In this document: positions 1-8,559 of the stretch, one piece after another | Numbering within the stretch: position 1 is the stretch's first letter | Layout of the letters: every line of letters begins with the position of its first letter | NCBI RefSeq assembly: GCF_000297495.1 | Contig: NZ_ALWX01000068.1 | Span: forward strand, 1-64,000 | Reading direction: 5' to 3' | From: Janibacter hoylei PVAS-1 | GTDB taxonomy: Bacteria; Actinomycetota; Actinomycetes; Actinomycetales; Dermatophilaceae | DNA: 64,000 bases | Program-made: the position numbers and the translations under genes | The notes under the pieces: generated by a model | Told to the model about the DNA's origin: nothing | What the model saw: the letters and a program-made list of their open reading frames with translations, nothing else | Databases searched by the model: none

Positions 1-3
1 TCT

Positions 4-816
4 TCACGCCGCGAGCGATAGCCGCCCAGAACGTGACTCGGTCCTGCCGCCACGCGACCGAGGGCCGTCCCGGTGACGGGATCTGTCCTCGATACGCACG
101 GACCCGCTTCTGCCGTGGGGTTGTTCCCATCGCTTCACCTCTCGATCAAGGTGTTGCGACGACCGGTTGAATTCGCCTTGCGAGCCTCGGTCGCTGTGCA
201 CGATGCACCCGGCCACGTCGGCGCCGTCAGCGGCGCGGCGTGCGACGGCTGAGTTCAGCGCGGTGACAGCCAGGTGCGACGTCATGCGTGAGTCGATGCT
301 GTAGCCCACGATCCGCCCGGAGCAGGCGTCCTTGATCGCGCAGAGGTACAGCTTGCCCTCACCGGTCCAGTGCTCAGTAATGTCGGTCAGCCACACCCGA
401 TTCGGTGCCGCCGCGCTGGTGAAGTCATGCGTGACGCGGCCCACCTCGTCCTCGACCGCGAGCCGGCCATCGTGCACCGGTGGTCCGGGCCGCGGACGGG
501 CCGAGCGCTTCTTCCCGAAGATCGACCACCAGGCGTTCGCTGAGCAGATCCGCCACGCCGTGCGAGCCGACATGCCCGTCCCGGCGTCGGCGGCTTCCTC
601 GTGGAGGTATCGGTAACCGAAGGCGGGGTCATCACGGTGAGCGTCGAACAACGCGTTCGCGCGATGCGCCCACGCCAGCTCGGAGGCGGTGACCGGGGAC
701 GTGAGCCACCGGTAGTACTGCGTACGACACAACTTCAGCACCCGGCACGTCACCGACACAGGCACCCGGATCCGGGCTCCCTTGCCAGCCAGCTCGCGGA
801 CGAGCGGGAACATCAT
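4..816 (-). CDS. IS3-family transposase OrfB (DDE integrase core). The C-terminal ~55 aa are atypical, and the third catalytic E is not recognisable.
   Basis: 'VWLTDITEH...GKLYLCAIKDACSGRIVGYSIDSRM...HSDRGSQ' matches the D..D part of the DDE core. The sequence after HSDRGSQ diverges from the expected SMSRKGN..DNA..ESFF pattern. The copy is probably 3'-degenerate or truncated. Confidence 0.7.
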   Translation of the reverse strand: MMFPLVRELAGKGARIRVPVSVTCRVLKLCRTQYYRWLTSPVTASELAWAHRANALFDAHRDDPAFGYRYLHEEAADAGTGMSARTAWRICSANAWWSIFGKKRSARPRPGPPVHDGRLAVEDEVGRVTHDFTSAAAPNRVWLTDITEHWTGEGKLYLCAIKDACSGRIVGYSIDSRMTSHLAVTALNSAVARRAADGADVAGCIVHSDRGSQGEFNRSSQHLDREVKRWEQPHGRSGSVRIEDRSRHRDGPRSRGGRTESRSGRLSLAA

Positions 817-1142
817 TTTGGGGGCAGGTTCGCCTGCGACAAGTACGCCGCCGCGCGCCGCAACACCTCGTTCTCTTGCTCCAGCAATCGGTTACGGCGC
901 TCGAGCTCACGCAGCTCGGCTGCCTGCTCACTCGTCACGGCCGGCGCGGTGCCGTCCTCGACGTCGGCGCGTTTGAGCCAGTTGGTCAGGCACGACTCGC
1001 TGATCCCGAAGTCAGCAGCAATCTGCTTCAACTGCTGACCCGGCTCACGGTTGCGAGCGACCCGCACGACATCGTCACGAAACTCTTTGGGGTAGGGCTT
1101 GGGCACGGTGTCCATCCTTCCAGCAGCGTCCCTCGACGCCAC
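813..1142 (-). CDS. IS3-family transposase OrfA (HTH).
   Basis: 109 aa. Contains '...LKQIAADFGISESCLTNWLKR...' HTH and a coiled-coil 'ELRELERRNRLLEQENEVLRRAAAYL' typical of IS3 OrfA. Its stop overlaps the orfB ATG (CCCCCAAAATGATG). Confidence 0.8.
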   Translation of the reverse strand: MASRDAAGRMDTVPKPYPKEFRDDVVRVARNREPGQQLKQIAADFGISESCLTNWLKRADVEDGTAPAVTSEQAAELRELERRNRLLEQENEVLRRAAAYLSQANLPPK

Positions 1143-1238
1143 AGATCAGATGTCACCTATCCGTGCAGCAGTCCCAGCCCCGGCATTTGGCAGTCCCGCT
1201 AGGTCGACATGGATGAAGCAATCTGGCTTGGTGAGGAG

Positions 1239-3206
1239 TCAGGGTGCCTGGTCCGCGTCGTCGGCTGGGTCATCTACCGTCGGTTCGGACGTTGACGGCC
1301 CTGTGGCTGGCCATCTCTCGGACACGGCCCAGGTCGTGAGTGCAGCGAGTCGCTCCTCGATGGCCTTAGCGGTCCAGCTGGGCCATTTCTCGGCGACCTC
1401 GCGTTCGCTCGCCAAGGCTGCTGTGAAGTAGCACGGGGGCTGCGTCTGACCGGTCTTGCCGCGTTTCTCGACGTACTCCTTGTTGCTGTAGGAGCTGTTG
1501 TCCATCGTCAGAATCAAGTTGCCCAGCGAATGCGTGTGACTCTTTCGCTCATCGTCACTGAAGATGTCCCGCCAAGACCCCGCGTAAGTGGGCGACGCTT
1601 TGTCGATGTCTTTCGGGTTGCGGGGCAGGATGTGCTCGGTGGTCTTCTCAAAGTTCTTCGTGAAGGTCTCGAACGGCTTCAGTACGGCGACCGTCTTCCC
1701 CTTCGACAGTTCGTACTCATAGAGGACATACTTGTGGGAGCTCCGCACATACCAGTTGGTCTCCACCGTGAGGTTGTTTCGCACGAGGCTGTCCGGTGCG
1801 TACTCCCAGGTCAGTGAACCGACTCGCGTGACGGCGTCACCGATTGAGGTCGATCCCTTAAAGACCTGATGCGCCAGACCAGCCAGAGCCTGCCTGCCCG
1901 CGCCGGATCTACGCGCGCAGATGGCAAAAACGCGTGCCGCGAAGGTTTCGCACGCGACGAGTACATCTGCGTAGCCGGCGGCGTTGCCGGGGGACGCCAG
2001 ACGGGTCGCGAACAGTAGGGGGAGGAACTGAGCAACGACCCCGCTGCGGACAAGAGCTTGCGAGTTCCTGGACACGCGAGCGATGTCCGCGGGGTCGGCT
2101 GTCGACGATGCGAATGCTGTTGAGGTCCCCTCCAGATCGCGAAGGAACGCAGAGCATTGCCAGAGCTGGTCGACGTAGTCGGAGACGTCGTCGAACAGCC
2201 GCTGCCGCATTGCTTCTGGGTCGGTCCTGTCGCCTGCATCGTCATCGCGGAGGCGTTGAGAGCCGTGAACGTAGTGCGTACGTGGGAACTTCTTCTTGAT
2301 CGACTCAGACCGCTCCCACAGGCGGATGTTCGGCTCCTGGGTGGCTAGCCAGTGTGAACGGAGGAGTCGGTCCTCGCTGTCGGACGGGAGTCCAGCCAGG
2401 TTCTTGAACACGCCCGACCATCGTTCGTTGATCAGATCCGCGAGCTTCGTTCTGCGAACGTCGTCGAGCTGGGACGCGAGGTAGAGAAGGTAATTCTTGA
2501 TCTTCTCAAGATCGGTGAGGAGGATCCCGCGGTCGTTGAGCGTCTCGAAGATGACGCCCACTTCGGCAGTCGACTTGATCGGATAGACAAGCAACTGGAG
2601 ACCGGACGTGAGGCGGCGCCGGAGGTCCAGCAGGCGCCCTGCGGCGACTTCAGGTGCTGCACCCTCCACGAGTTCCACGAGTCGCTGGTCAAAGAAGGTC
2701 GCGGCACGGAGCAACCTGCGTGCAGACGCGATGGGGTCACTGGGTGCCGGAAGGTCTTCAATGATGTGATCGCGCCAGAAGCCTCGGAGGTCTGTCCCTA
2801 GTTGGAGCCGTGGCTCCTGCGTGCCCAGAAGTTGAATGCGCACGAGGGCGCCGATCTGACGCTTGGCTTCGAGTACGCCATCAGCCAGTCCCTCGTCCGT
2901 GACGCCCTGAATCTGGTCGAGTGCCTTCGCCAGACGAGTCATGAGGATCGTTACGGTCGTGAGACGCTGCTGACCATCGACGACCTCGTACTCCTTCAGA
3001 GTCTCGCCAGCTGACGTGGTCTTCTTATGTCCGGTCTCTCGCAACACCAGCGTGCCGGCGAAATGTTCGCCATCGCCAAGCAGGTCAAGGTCGCCCCACA
3101 GGTCGCCAAGTTGCTTGTCAGTCCAAGCGTACGGCCGCTGGTAGTCCGCAATGACGAAGGTCTTGTCGTCGAGCGCCTTTTTCAGCGACTCGTGTTCCTG
3201 CGGCAT
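1239..3206 (-). CDS. DUF262 (ParB-like, DGQQR) plus DUF1524 (His-Me/HNH-like) nuclease. This is a GmrSD-family type IV restriction-like protein.
   Basis: N-terminal 'IADYQRPYAWTDKQLGDLW...DGQQRLTT' (DUF262). C-terminal '...HILPRNP...HSLGNLILT' (DUF1524). The start was chosen at M58 of the 712-aa ORF (ATG at 3204-3206) because the upstream extension overlaps the macro gene. Confidence 0.75.
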   Translation of the reverse strand: MPQEHESLKKALDDKTFVIADYQRPYAWTDKQLGDLWGDLDLLGDGEHFAGTLVLRETGHKKTTSAGETLKEYEVVDGQQRLTTVTILMTRLAKALDQIQGVTDEGLADGVLEAKRQIGALVRIQLLGTQEPRLQLGTDLRGFWRDHIIEDLPAPSDPIASARRLLRAATFFDQRLVELVEGAAPEVAAGRLLDLRRRLTSGLQLLVYPIKSTAEVGVIFETLNDRGILLTDLEKIKNYLLYLASQLDDVRRTKLADLINERWSGVFKNLAGLPSDSEDRLLRSHWLATQEPNIRLWERSESIKKKFPRTHYVHGSQRLRDDDAGDRTDPEAMRQRLFDDVSDYVDQLWQCSAFLRDLEGTSTAFASSTADPADIARVSRNSQALVRSGVVAQFLPLLFATRLASPGNAAGYADVLVACETFAARVFAICARRSGAGRQALAGLAHQVFKGSTSIGDAVTRVGSLTWEYAPDSLVRNNLTVETNWYVRSSHKYVLYEYELSKGKTVAVLKPFETFTKNFEKTTEHILPRNPKDIDKASPTYAGSWRDIFSDDERKSHTHSLGNLILTMDNSSYSNKEYVEKRGKTGQTQPPCYFTAALASEREVAEKWPSWTAKAIEERLAALTTWAVSERWPATGPSTSEPTVDDPADDADQAP

Positions 3207-3207
3207 G

Positions 3208-3663
3208 TCAGTGAATCCAATCTTCGGCTTGGCTCGCCAGCGAGCGAGCGATCGCGGCATAGGTGGGCTGGCCGAATGCGACCAGGCGGGCTTCATCAAC
3301 AGCACTGGACGCAGCGTTGAGCGCCTCCACCGCCGCGGCGATTGCGTCTTCCTTCGGCCAGCCGTAGGTATCAGCACTGACTAGGGGGAAGGCGACACTG
3401 CGGGCACCGAGCTCGTCCGCGTGCCCCAAGGCACGCGTGTAGCGCGAGGTCAGGTGGTCTCGGTCGGTCTCGCCTGCCATCGTCCATCCGGTGTCGCCGG
3501 CGTCCAGTCCGTTGGGAAAGCGGGTGATGTAGTCCTCGGGGATCGCCGAGCCACCAGCCGTATGGATCGCCCCATCGACGCCTCGTATTCGCCGGTTTGC
3601 CGCGTTGACGACCGCATCCACCTCCTGGGTGGTGATGTCTCCCTCTACGACGGTGATCAACAC
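3208..3663 (-). CDS. Stand-alone macro domain protein (151 aa).
   Basis: 'VVEGDITTQEVDAVVNAANRRIRGVDGAIHTAGG' and '[29 protein letters not shown]' are macro-domain motifs. Its stop (TGA at 3208-3210) overlaps the GmrSD ATG as ATGA, implying translational coupling. Confidence 0.8.
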   Translation of the reverse strand: MLITVVEGDITTQEVDAVVNAANRRIRGVDGAIHTAGGSAIPEDYITRFPNGLDAGDTGWTMAGETDRDHLTSRYTRALGHADELGARSVAFPLVSADTYGWPKEDAIAAAVEALNAASSAVDEARLVAFGQPTYAAIARSLASQAEDWIH

Positions 3664-3860
3664 GCCGGCAATACTAGTGGGAACCGCCGACAGCGCGAGG
3701 ACGAGTTTGCGTTTCCCGAGCCTTCCTTCTTGACCACACCGCGCGTCCTCTTGGGCAGGTCAATCGGTGGCTGGTAGTCGTCGATGCGGTCGTAGACGTC
3801 GTAGTTGAGACTGCGCTCGGCGAGTTCTATATGCCCTTGGGTGGCGGCGACCTTGATCAG
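3664..3860 (-). pseudogene. Start-less ORF fragment immediately upstream of the macro gene, likely a degraded upstream gene.
   Basis: The minus-strand frame reads 'LNLIKVAATQGHIELAERSLNYDVYDRIDDYQPPIDLPKRTRGVVKKEG...' and is preceded by an in-frame stop. There is no ATG or GTG start. It ends at the macro start. Confidence 0.3.
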
Positions 3861-4800
3861 GTTGAGTCAGTTGACCTCGTCCTACGGCGCTGCCTCACAG
3901 GCGATCCCTGAGGCCACCTGGCGGTGTCGAGGTGGGACTGGGCTTGGCTGCGACAGCGACGATGTGGGCGCATGCGCTCGACGATTTCGTGGAGCTGGTT
4001 GCCCTCGGAGAGCCACGCCCACCCGTCCTTGCGGGGGTTGCTGATCGGCTTCCTGGCCACGAGACTGAGCTCGAGCTTCAGGCCGTTGATCCCGTCCGCT
4101 CCGCAAGCTTGGCCTCGGGCTCTCAGGAGGCGGAAGAGAGCTACGTCGACGAGGAGACCGTGCAACGTATAGCCGTTGTCGACAACGTTCTCCGGCGTGT
4201 TCAGGCAGCTTCTCGGTGCATGAGTTCGCCCGTGCGAGGGTCCGCGCCGAACCAGTCCCGGATCGTGCTCAGGTCGGTGCGCTCCCGGGACCGCTTGATG
4301 CCGGACGCCGCGGCGAGGTTGCGGTTGAAGACGCGCTCGGGGTGGAGCGAGAGATCGTCGACGGTGCGCCACGGGCCCGAGGTGCGGGTCGTTTCTCCTG
4401 CGGTTACAACGCCGCGTCTGCGGCTTCCCAGGCACCTGCTCCTTCGGTGTGTGCTCATCCTCGTTTCCAAGGTCACGAGCCTCTATAGGGCCGAGTGCGG
4501 TTCAAAGGTCGACGCGCAGGTCACCATAGCTTCGACGGTGGCGACCGCGCTATCGACATGATCGGCTGAAAGGTCGTCTAGACAGGGTGCGCAGAGTCCC
4601 TGTCCTCGACCGCCCGTGTGACTGCTGCCCCTCGTCGAGTGGCGCTGTACGGCCCTTCCTATTGGGTGGCAGGAGGCACGGTTCATGCCCGAGATGGACC
4701 TACCAGCCGAAGCACCCGTGACCGAGGCTTCACCCCGTCTGGAGACGGACGACGAGTTCGCAGCGGCGTAAGGCGAGTGATGGCGGAGGAGATCGGTGCA
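3857..4800. other. Decayed, lower-GC region carrying only short ORF fragments on both strands, with no intact gene.
   Basis: Fragments such as '...SNPRKDGWAWLSEGNQLHEIVERM...' and '...ERVFNRNLAAASGIKRSRERTDLSTIRDWFGADPRTGELMHREAA' have no recognisable full domain. GC is visibly lower than in the core region. Confidence 0.3.
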
Positions 4801-4821
4801 GTTGTTGTCCGCCGGGCGCAT

Positions 4822-5412
4822 TCAAGCGGAATCGAGGGCTTGCTGAGCAACACTTCGAGATGAGGCCCACGTCTTGTGTGCCATACGAAGGCCGAGCCGC
4901 TGCGACATCCGAGGGTGCTCGCGCTCCATTCGTGTGTAGGCCGACTTTAAGTTGGTCGTGTACAGCAGATCGCGCAGGAGCAGGACCTCGAACGCGGCCG
5001 CCTCGACGAAGTCCACCGTCTTGGTGTACCCGACGACTGCCCTGGCGTTGGTGGCCCGACAGAGGTCTATGAGCTCTTGATCCTTGGCGGCCATCGTCGA
5101 GCACGAGGCGAAGAACAAGACCTTGTCCTCACACCTGCTCCCGAGAATCTCAGCGAACTCCTTGATCGTCACGCCTTCATCGCCGAACCAGAGCTGCCCA
5201 CGAGCGCCGTGACAGACGAAGTAGCCGATGGGCATCGAGGTGAGCCGACGCCATTTCTTTGCATAGAACTCGAGGGCGTCCCTTGTCGCGACGTTGCGGT
5301 GGACGTAGGGGGTCCCTTCGCAGTCCTGGAGAAGGCCGAGCACTGGCTCGACGGTCCGTCGGTCGCGGGCAGGGCCCCATTCACCTTCGAAGCAGTAGAT
5401 CCCTTGTGCCAT
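4822..5412 (-). CDS. Hypothetical protein with a caspase/hemoglobinase-fold-like (clan CD) His...Cys arrangement.
   Basis: 196 aa. A beta-strand then HG ('IGYFVCHGARG') is followed ~35 aa later by a hydrophobic strand plus Cys ('KVLFFASCSTM'). This mirrors the caspase 'SHG ... QACRG' order. It lies in the lower-GC island. Confidence 0.3.
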   Translation of the reverse strand: MAQGIYCFEGEWGPARDRRTVEPVLGLLQDCEGTPYVHRNVATRDALEFYAKKWRRLTSMPIGYFVCHGARGQLWFGDEGVTIKEFAEILGSRCEDKVLFFASCSTMAAKDQELIDLCRATNARAVVGYTKTVDFVEAAAFEVLLLRDLLYTTNLKSAYTRMEREHPRMSQRLGLRMAHKTWASSRSVAQQALDSA

Positions 5413-5516
5413 GTATGAACACTTGTGGTCCCTCGGTGGGGTGTCAAACGCTCAGCCGGATCATTGTCGGTGGTCCCACCTACGCTGTGGAGCAGGTCGA
5501 CGGAGGGGAGTGGCTG

Positions 5517-6386
5517 ATGTTCGATCAGCGGGTCGAGGCAGCGTGGAGGGACTTCCACGAGCGTCTCGTGGTGGCCATCGAACGGTTCGGCGAGGGCGAG
5601 ATCTTCCGGATCTCACTCGACCGCACGAGCGTCTACGAGGCGGGGGACGCTCCCTTCGTCGAGCTCAACGTCGTCCTGCCGCAGGTGCTCGTCGAGGTCG
5701 CCTCCAACATGACCTTGGCTCGTACGTGGCGCATGAGTCGCACCCAGCAGGCGAGGGTCCGCCGGCTGGGCATGGCGTGCCCGACGCGGCAGGAGCCGAC
5801 CTACGGCAAGTACTACGACATCACGCGGCCCGACGAGGCGGCCGCTGCGGTTATCACGGCACTGCGCGAAGGGTTCGGTGTCCTCGACCCGGCGCTCCTC
5901 ACCAGCCCGAGCCCCGTCCTGACTCCACCCACGCGCGAGCCCTGGGAGACCAGCCCGCTGCTCGCCGACGGCGCCCGACCCACCAGCCGGGCAGAGGTCA
6001 ATGCCCTCGTCGCCATCGCCCTTCGCCCGCTCGTGGGTGAGGTGGACACCACGGATGACGGTGACGCCATCGTCCACTTCCCCGGCACGTCGATCCTGGT
6101 GCGGCCGTCGAGGCGCGCACCGCGCATCCGCATGTGCTGCACGCTGCCGCACCACGAGCGTGACCTCGACGAGGCCACCCGGATCGCCCAGCGGCTCAAC
6201 GGGTGCATGCACGCGCTCAAGTTCGTCGTGCTCGACGACGAGGACTTCCTCGTCATGGTCGACATGCTCGCCAGACCCTTCGTGCCCGAGCACGTGCTGG
6301 AGCACGTGGAGCACCTCTTCCGGATCATCGACGGCTGGGAGGACGAGTTCCTCCCCGAGGCGCGCGATCGACAGGAGACGACGTGA
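5517..6386 (+). CDS. Tandem YbjN/T3SS-chaperone-like ('TY-Chap') domain protein.
   Basis: 289 aa from ATG 5517. It has two similar halves with an acidic C-terminus. Its stop overlaps the GTG of the next gene (GTGA), indicating an operon. Confidence 0.4.
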   Translation: MFDQRVEAAWRDFHERLVVAIERFGEGEIFRISLDRTSVYEAGDAPFVELNVVLPQVLVEVASNMTLARTWRMSRTQQARVRRLGMACPTRQEPTYGKYYDITRPDEAAAAVITALREGFGVLDPALLTSPSPVLTPPTREPWETSPLLADGARPTSRAEVNALVAIALRPLVGEVDTTDDGDAIVHFPGTSILVRPSRRAPRIRMCCTLPHHERDLDEATRIAQRLNGCMHALKFVVLDDEDFLVMVDMLARPFVPEHVLEHVEHLFRIIDGWEDEFLPEARDRQETT

Positions 6387-7849
6387 GCGAAGCCACCACC
6401 ACGACGAGACTGCGCTGCGACCGCTGCGGGTCCCACGCCACCCACCAGCGCGTCATGGGGATGCCCACCGCCGAGACGGCAGAGCAGGTCGCGGCCACGC
6501 CGTGGCAGCGGCTCGGTGGGTGTCTGATCGTGCCGGGCATGTGGACGGTCGAGTGCCTGACCTGCGGTCAGCGAGAGGCGGTCGAAGGGGGCCCAGCCGA
6601 CCTCATGCCGGCGCCGCCACCCGACTGCACCGTCGCCCGGGCGATCACCCGGTACGCCGCTCGCTGCCGCGAAAAGCTCGGCCAGGCGACGACCTCCGTC
6701 GTCTCCCACGCCGGGCTGTGGCTGCTTCTCGCCTCCGTCGCTGAGCACGTCACCGGCGACGACCGCGCCGTGCTCGAGGAGATCCTTGGCATGCCGGTCG
6801 GGGAGGCGAGTGCTGCCGCACGTCGGCTGCTCGGCGCACCGCACCCGACCCTCGCTGCTGCGGCTGGAGCCTGGGTTGCGGGGGATGCGGTGACACCCGT
6901 CGGGGTGGAGCGGCCGATCCCTGACCAGGCCCGGCTGGATGCGTGGGCGTCAGAGCGCACACGCGGACTCATCCCGCAGTTCCCACTCGAGGTCACCGAG
7001 CTGACCCGCATCGTGCTGGCGACGGCGCTCGTCCTCGAGCCACAGTGGACCGAGCAGCTCACCACCGGTGGCGGCGGCCAGTGGTTGAGGCTCGGTGGGG
7101 GCCTGCAGACGATCGTCGAGACTGCCGCTGCCGGGGCCGTCCTCGTGGCCAAGCCGCACTCCGAGGACGGCATCGACGTCATCAGCGTGCGCGCTCACCC
7201 GAGGGTCGCTCCGGCGCAGGTCTGGCAGGCCGTCGACGAAGTCGTGGCGCTGCTGGACGACGGCGCGCTGTGGCACGGCGAGCGACCGCACGGGTTGCCG
7301 CGCCGGGGATTCGGCTGGCGGTCCAGGGCAGCGCGGGTGCAGATGACCGACTTGGCGCGCGCAGAGTTGCCGACCGACGCCTGGGGGAGGCCGCAGCAGT
7401 GGCGCAGCCAGGTGCCGTCGTGGTCGGCTCAGGAGACGCTCGACCTCACCGAGGCGCCCGGCGTCGCCGAGGCCGGCCACGCGATCCTGCCCGACGAGCC
7501 TGGCGCGGCGACGAGCTGCGTGCAGTCGGTGCGGGCGGAGTACGACGCCGACGGGTTTCGGGCGGCTGCGCTCACGGCGCTGGACCGGGTTGGGTCCGCG
7601 CCGAGCTTCGAGCAGGTGGACGTGGAGCGGGTCGATCTCGACTTCCGTGCCCCGCACGCCGTCGTAGCCGTCGCTCGCGGGGGAGCGTGGGAGGGCGTGC
7701 CGCTCGTCAGCGCGTGGGTGCCCGGACCCAACTACATGGACTCCGACGGGGAAGCCCTGGAGCTGCTGGCAGAGACCGACCCGGACGAGGCTGCCGCGCT
7801 GTCGGCCTACAAGGAGGCGCGGATGCGGGAGCGTGGCGAGATCGTGTGA
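6383..7849 (+). CDS. Serpin-fold protein with an N-terminal C4 zinc-ribbon.
   Basis: N-terminal 'RCDRCGSH...ECLTCGQ'. The body matches the serpin layout. 'SHAGLWLLLASVAEHVTGDDRAVLEEILG' is helix A. 'ATALVLEPQW' resembles NAIYFKGKW. The hinge-like 'DGFRAAALTAL' is followed by 'FRAPHAVVAVARG...VPLVSAWV', which resembles FxxDHPFLFxI...LFMGRV. Confidence 0.5.
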   Translation: MSEATTTTRLRCDRCGSHATHQRVMGMPTAETAEQVAATPWQRLGGCLIVPGMWTVECLTCGQREAVEGGPADLMPAPPPDCTVARAITRYAARCREKLGQATTSVVSHAGLWLLLASVAEHVTGDDRAVLEEILGMPVGEASAAARRLLGAPHPTLAAAAGAWVAGDAVTPVGVERPIPDQARLDAWASERTRGLIPQFPLEVTELTRIVLATALVLEPQWTEQLTTGGGGQWLRLGGGLQTIVETAAAGAVLVAKPHSEDGIDVISVRAHPRVAPAQVWQAVDEVVALLDDGALWHGERPHGLPRRGFGWRSRAARVQMTDLARAELPTDAWGRPQQWRSQVPSWSAQETLDLTEAPGVAEAGHAILPDEPGAATSCVQSVRAEYDADGFRAAALTALDRVGSAPSFEQVDVERVDLDFRAPHAVVAVARGGAWEGVPLVSAWVPGPNYMDSDGEALELLAETDPDEAAALSAYKEARMRERGEIV

Positions 7850-7882
7850 TGGTCGCTCACCAGCAGCCCAGGCCGGTCGTAG

Positions 7883-8523
7883 ATGTGCGACGTTGAGTCC
7901 ATGGACGTCCTGCCGATGTTCCCCCTCGGGACGGTGCTGTTGCCCGGGCAGCCCCTGCCGCTGCAGGTGTTCGAGCCGCGCTACCTGACGATGCTGCGCG
8001 ATGTCGCGGACGGCGACGGGCGCTTCGGGGTAGTGCTCATCGATCGGGGCTTCGAGGTCGGTGGGGAAATCAGCGCTTCGCTGTCGGGTGCGTCGCGAGC
8101 ATCGAGCAGGTCCGGCCGATGGGCGGAGGTCGGGTCGGTCTCATCGCTCGCGGGCAGGAGCGCATCGAGGTCGCCCGGTGGCTGCCCGACGATCCCTATC
8201 CGCGAGCCGAGATCACGCGCCTGCCGGACCTGACGTGGGCCGACGGCGACGCCCCGCGCCTGGCCGAGACCGAGCGGACCGTGCGACGCGCGCTCACGGT
8301 GATGAGCGAGTACCGCTCGCCGGCCCTGCCCGCGGACATCGAGCTGGCCGACGACCCGGTCACCCGCAGCTGGCAGTTGGCATGGATCGCCCAGCTCGGC
8401 GCCCTGGACCAGCTCACGCTGCTGCGGTCGTCGTCCCTCGGCGAGCTGCTCGAGACCACCGCGCGCCTCACGAGCGAAGCCCTCGAACTGCTGCCGCTCC
8501 AGTCACCCGACAATCCCGACTGA
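7883..8523 (+). CDS. LON N-terminal (substrate-binding) domain protein, interrupted by one frameshift near 8085.
   Basis: 'MFPLGTVLLPGQPLPLQVFEPRYLTMLRD' is the LON-N signature. The protein continues in another frame ('...RVGLIARGQERIEVARWLPDDPYPRAEI...') after a G-run (gtggggaa). Confidence 0.65.
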
Positions 8524-8559
8524 CAGCCCCCCGGGCGGCGTCCGCTGCCGTGCTCGCCC

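Larger units (their letters stand above)
1..1238 (-). mobile_element. IS3-family insertion sequence, partial. orfA and orfB are present, the 3' end runs off or is degraded at the window edge, and no terminal inverted repeat was confirmed.
   Basis: Adjacent orfA (HTH, leucine-zipper-like) and orfB (DDE integrase core) overlap at TGATG. Both are on the minus strand. The element sits at the edge of a lower-GC island. Confidence 0.7.

Noticed and set aside
1239-3377. The 712-aa form of the GmrSD-like ORF starting at 3377.
   Set aside because: The first 57 codons overlap the macro gene in another frame and are low-complexity (R/P-rich). The ATG at 3206 forms an ATGA overlap with the macro stop and begins the DUF262 domain.
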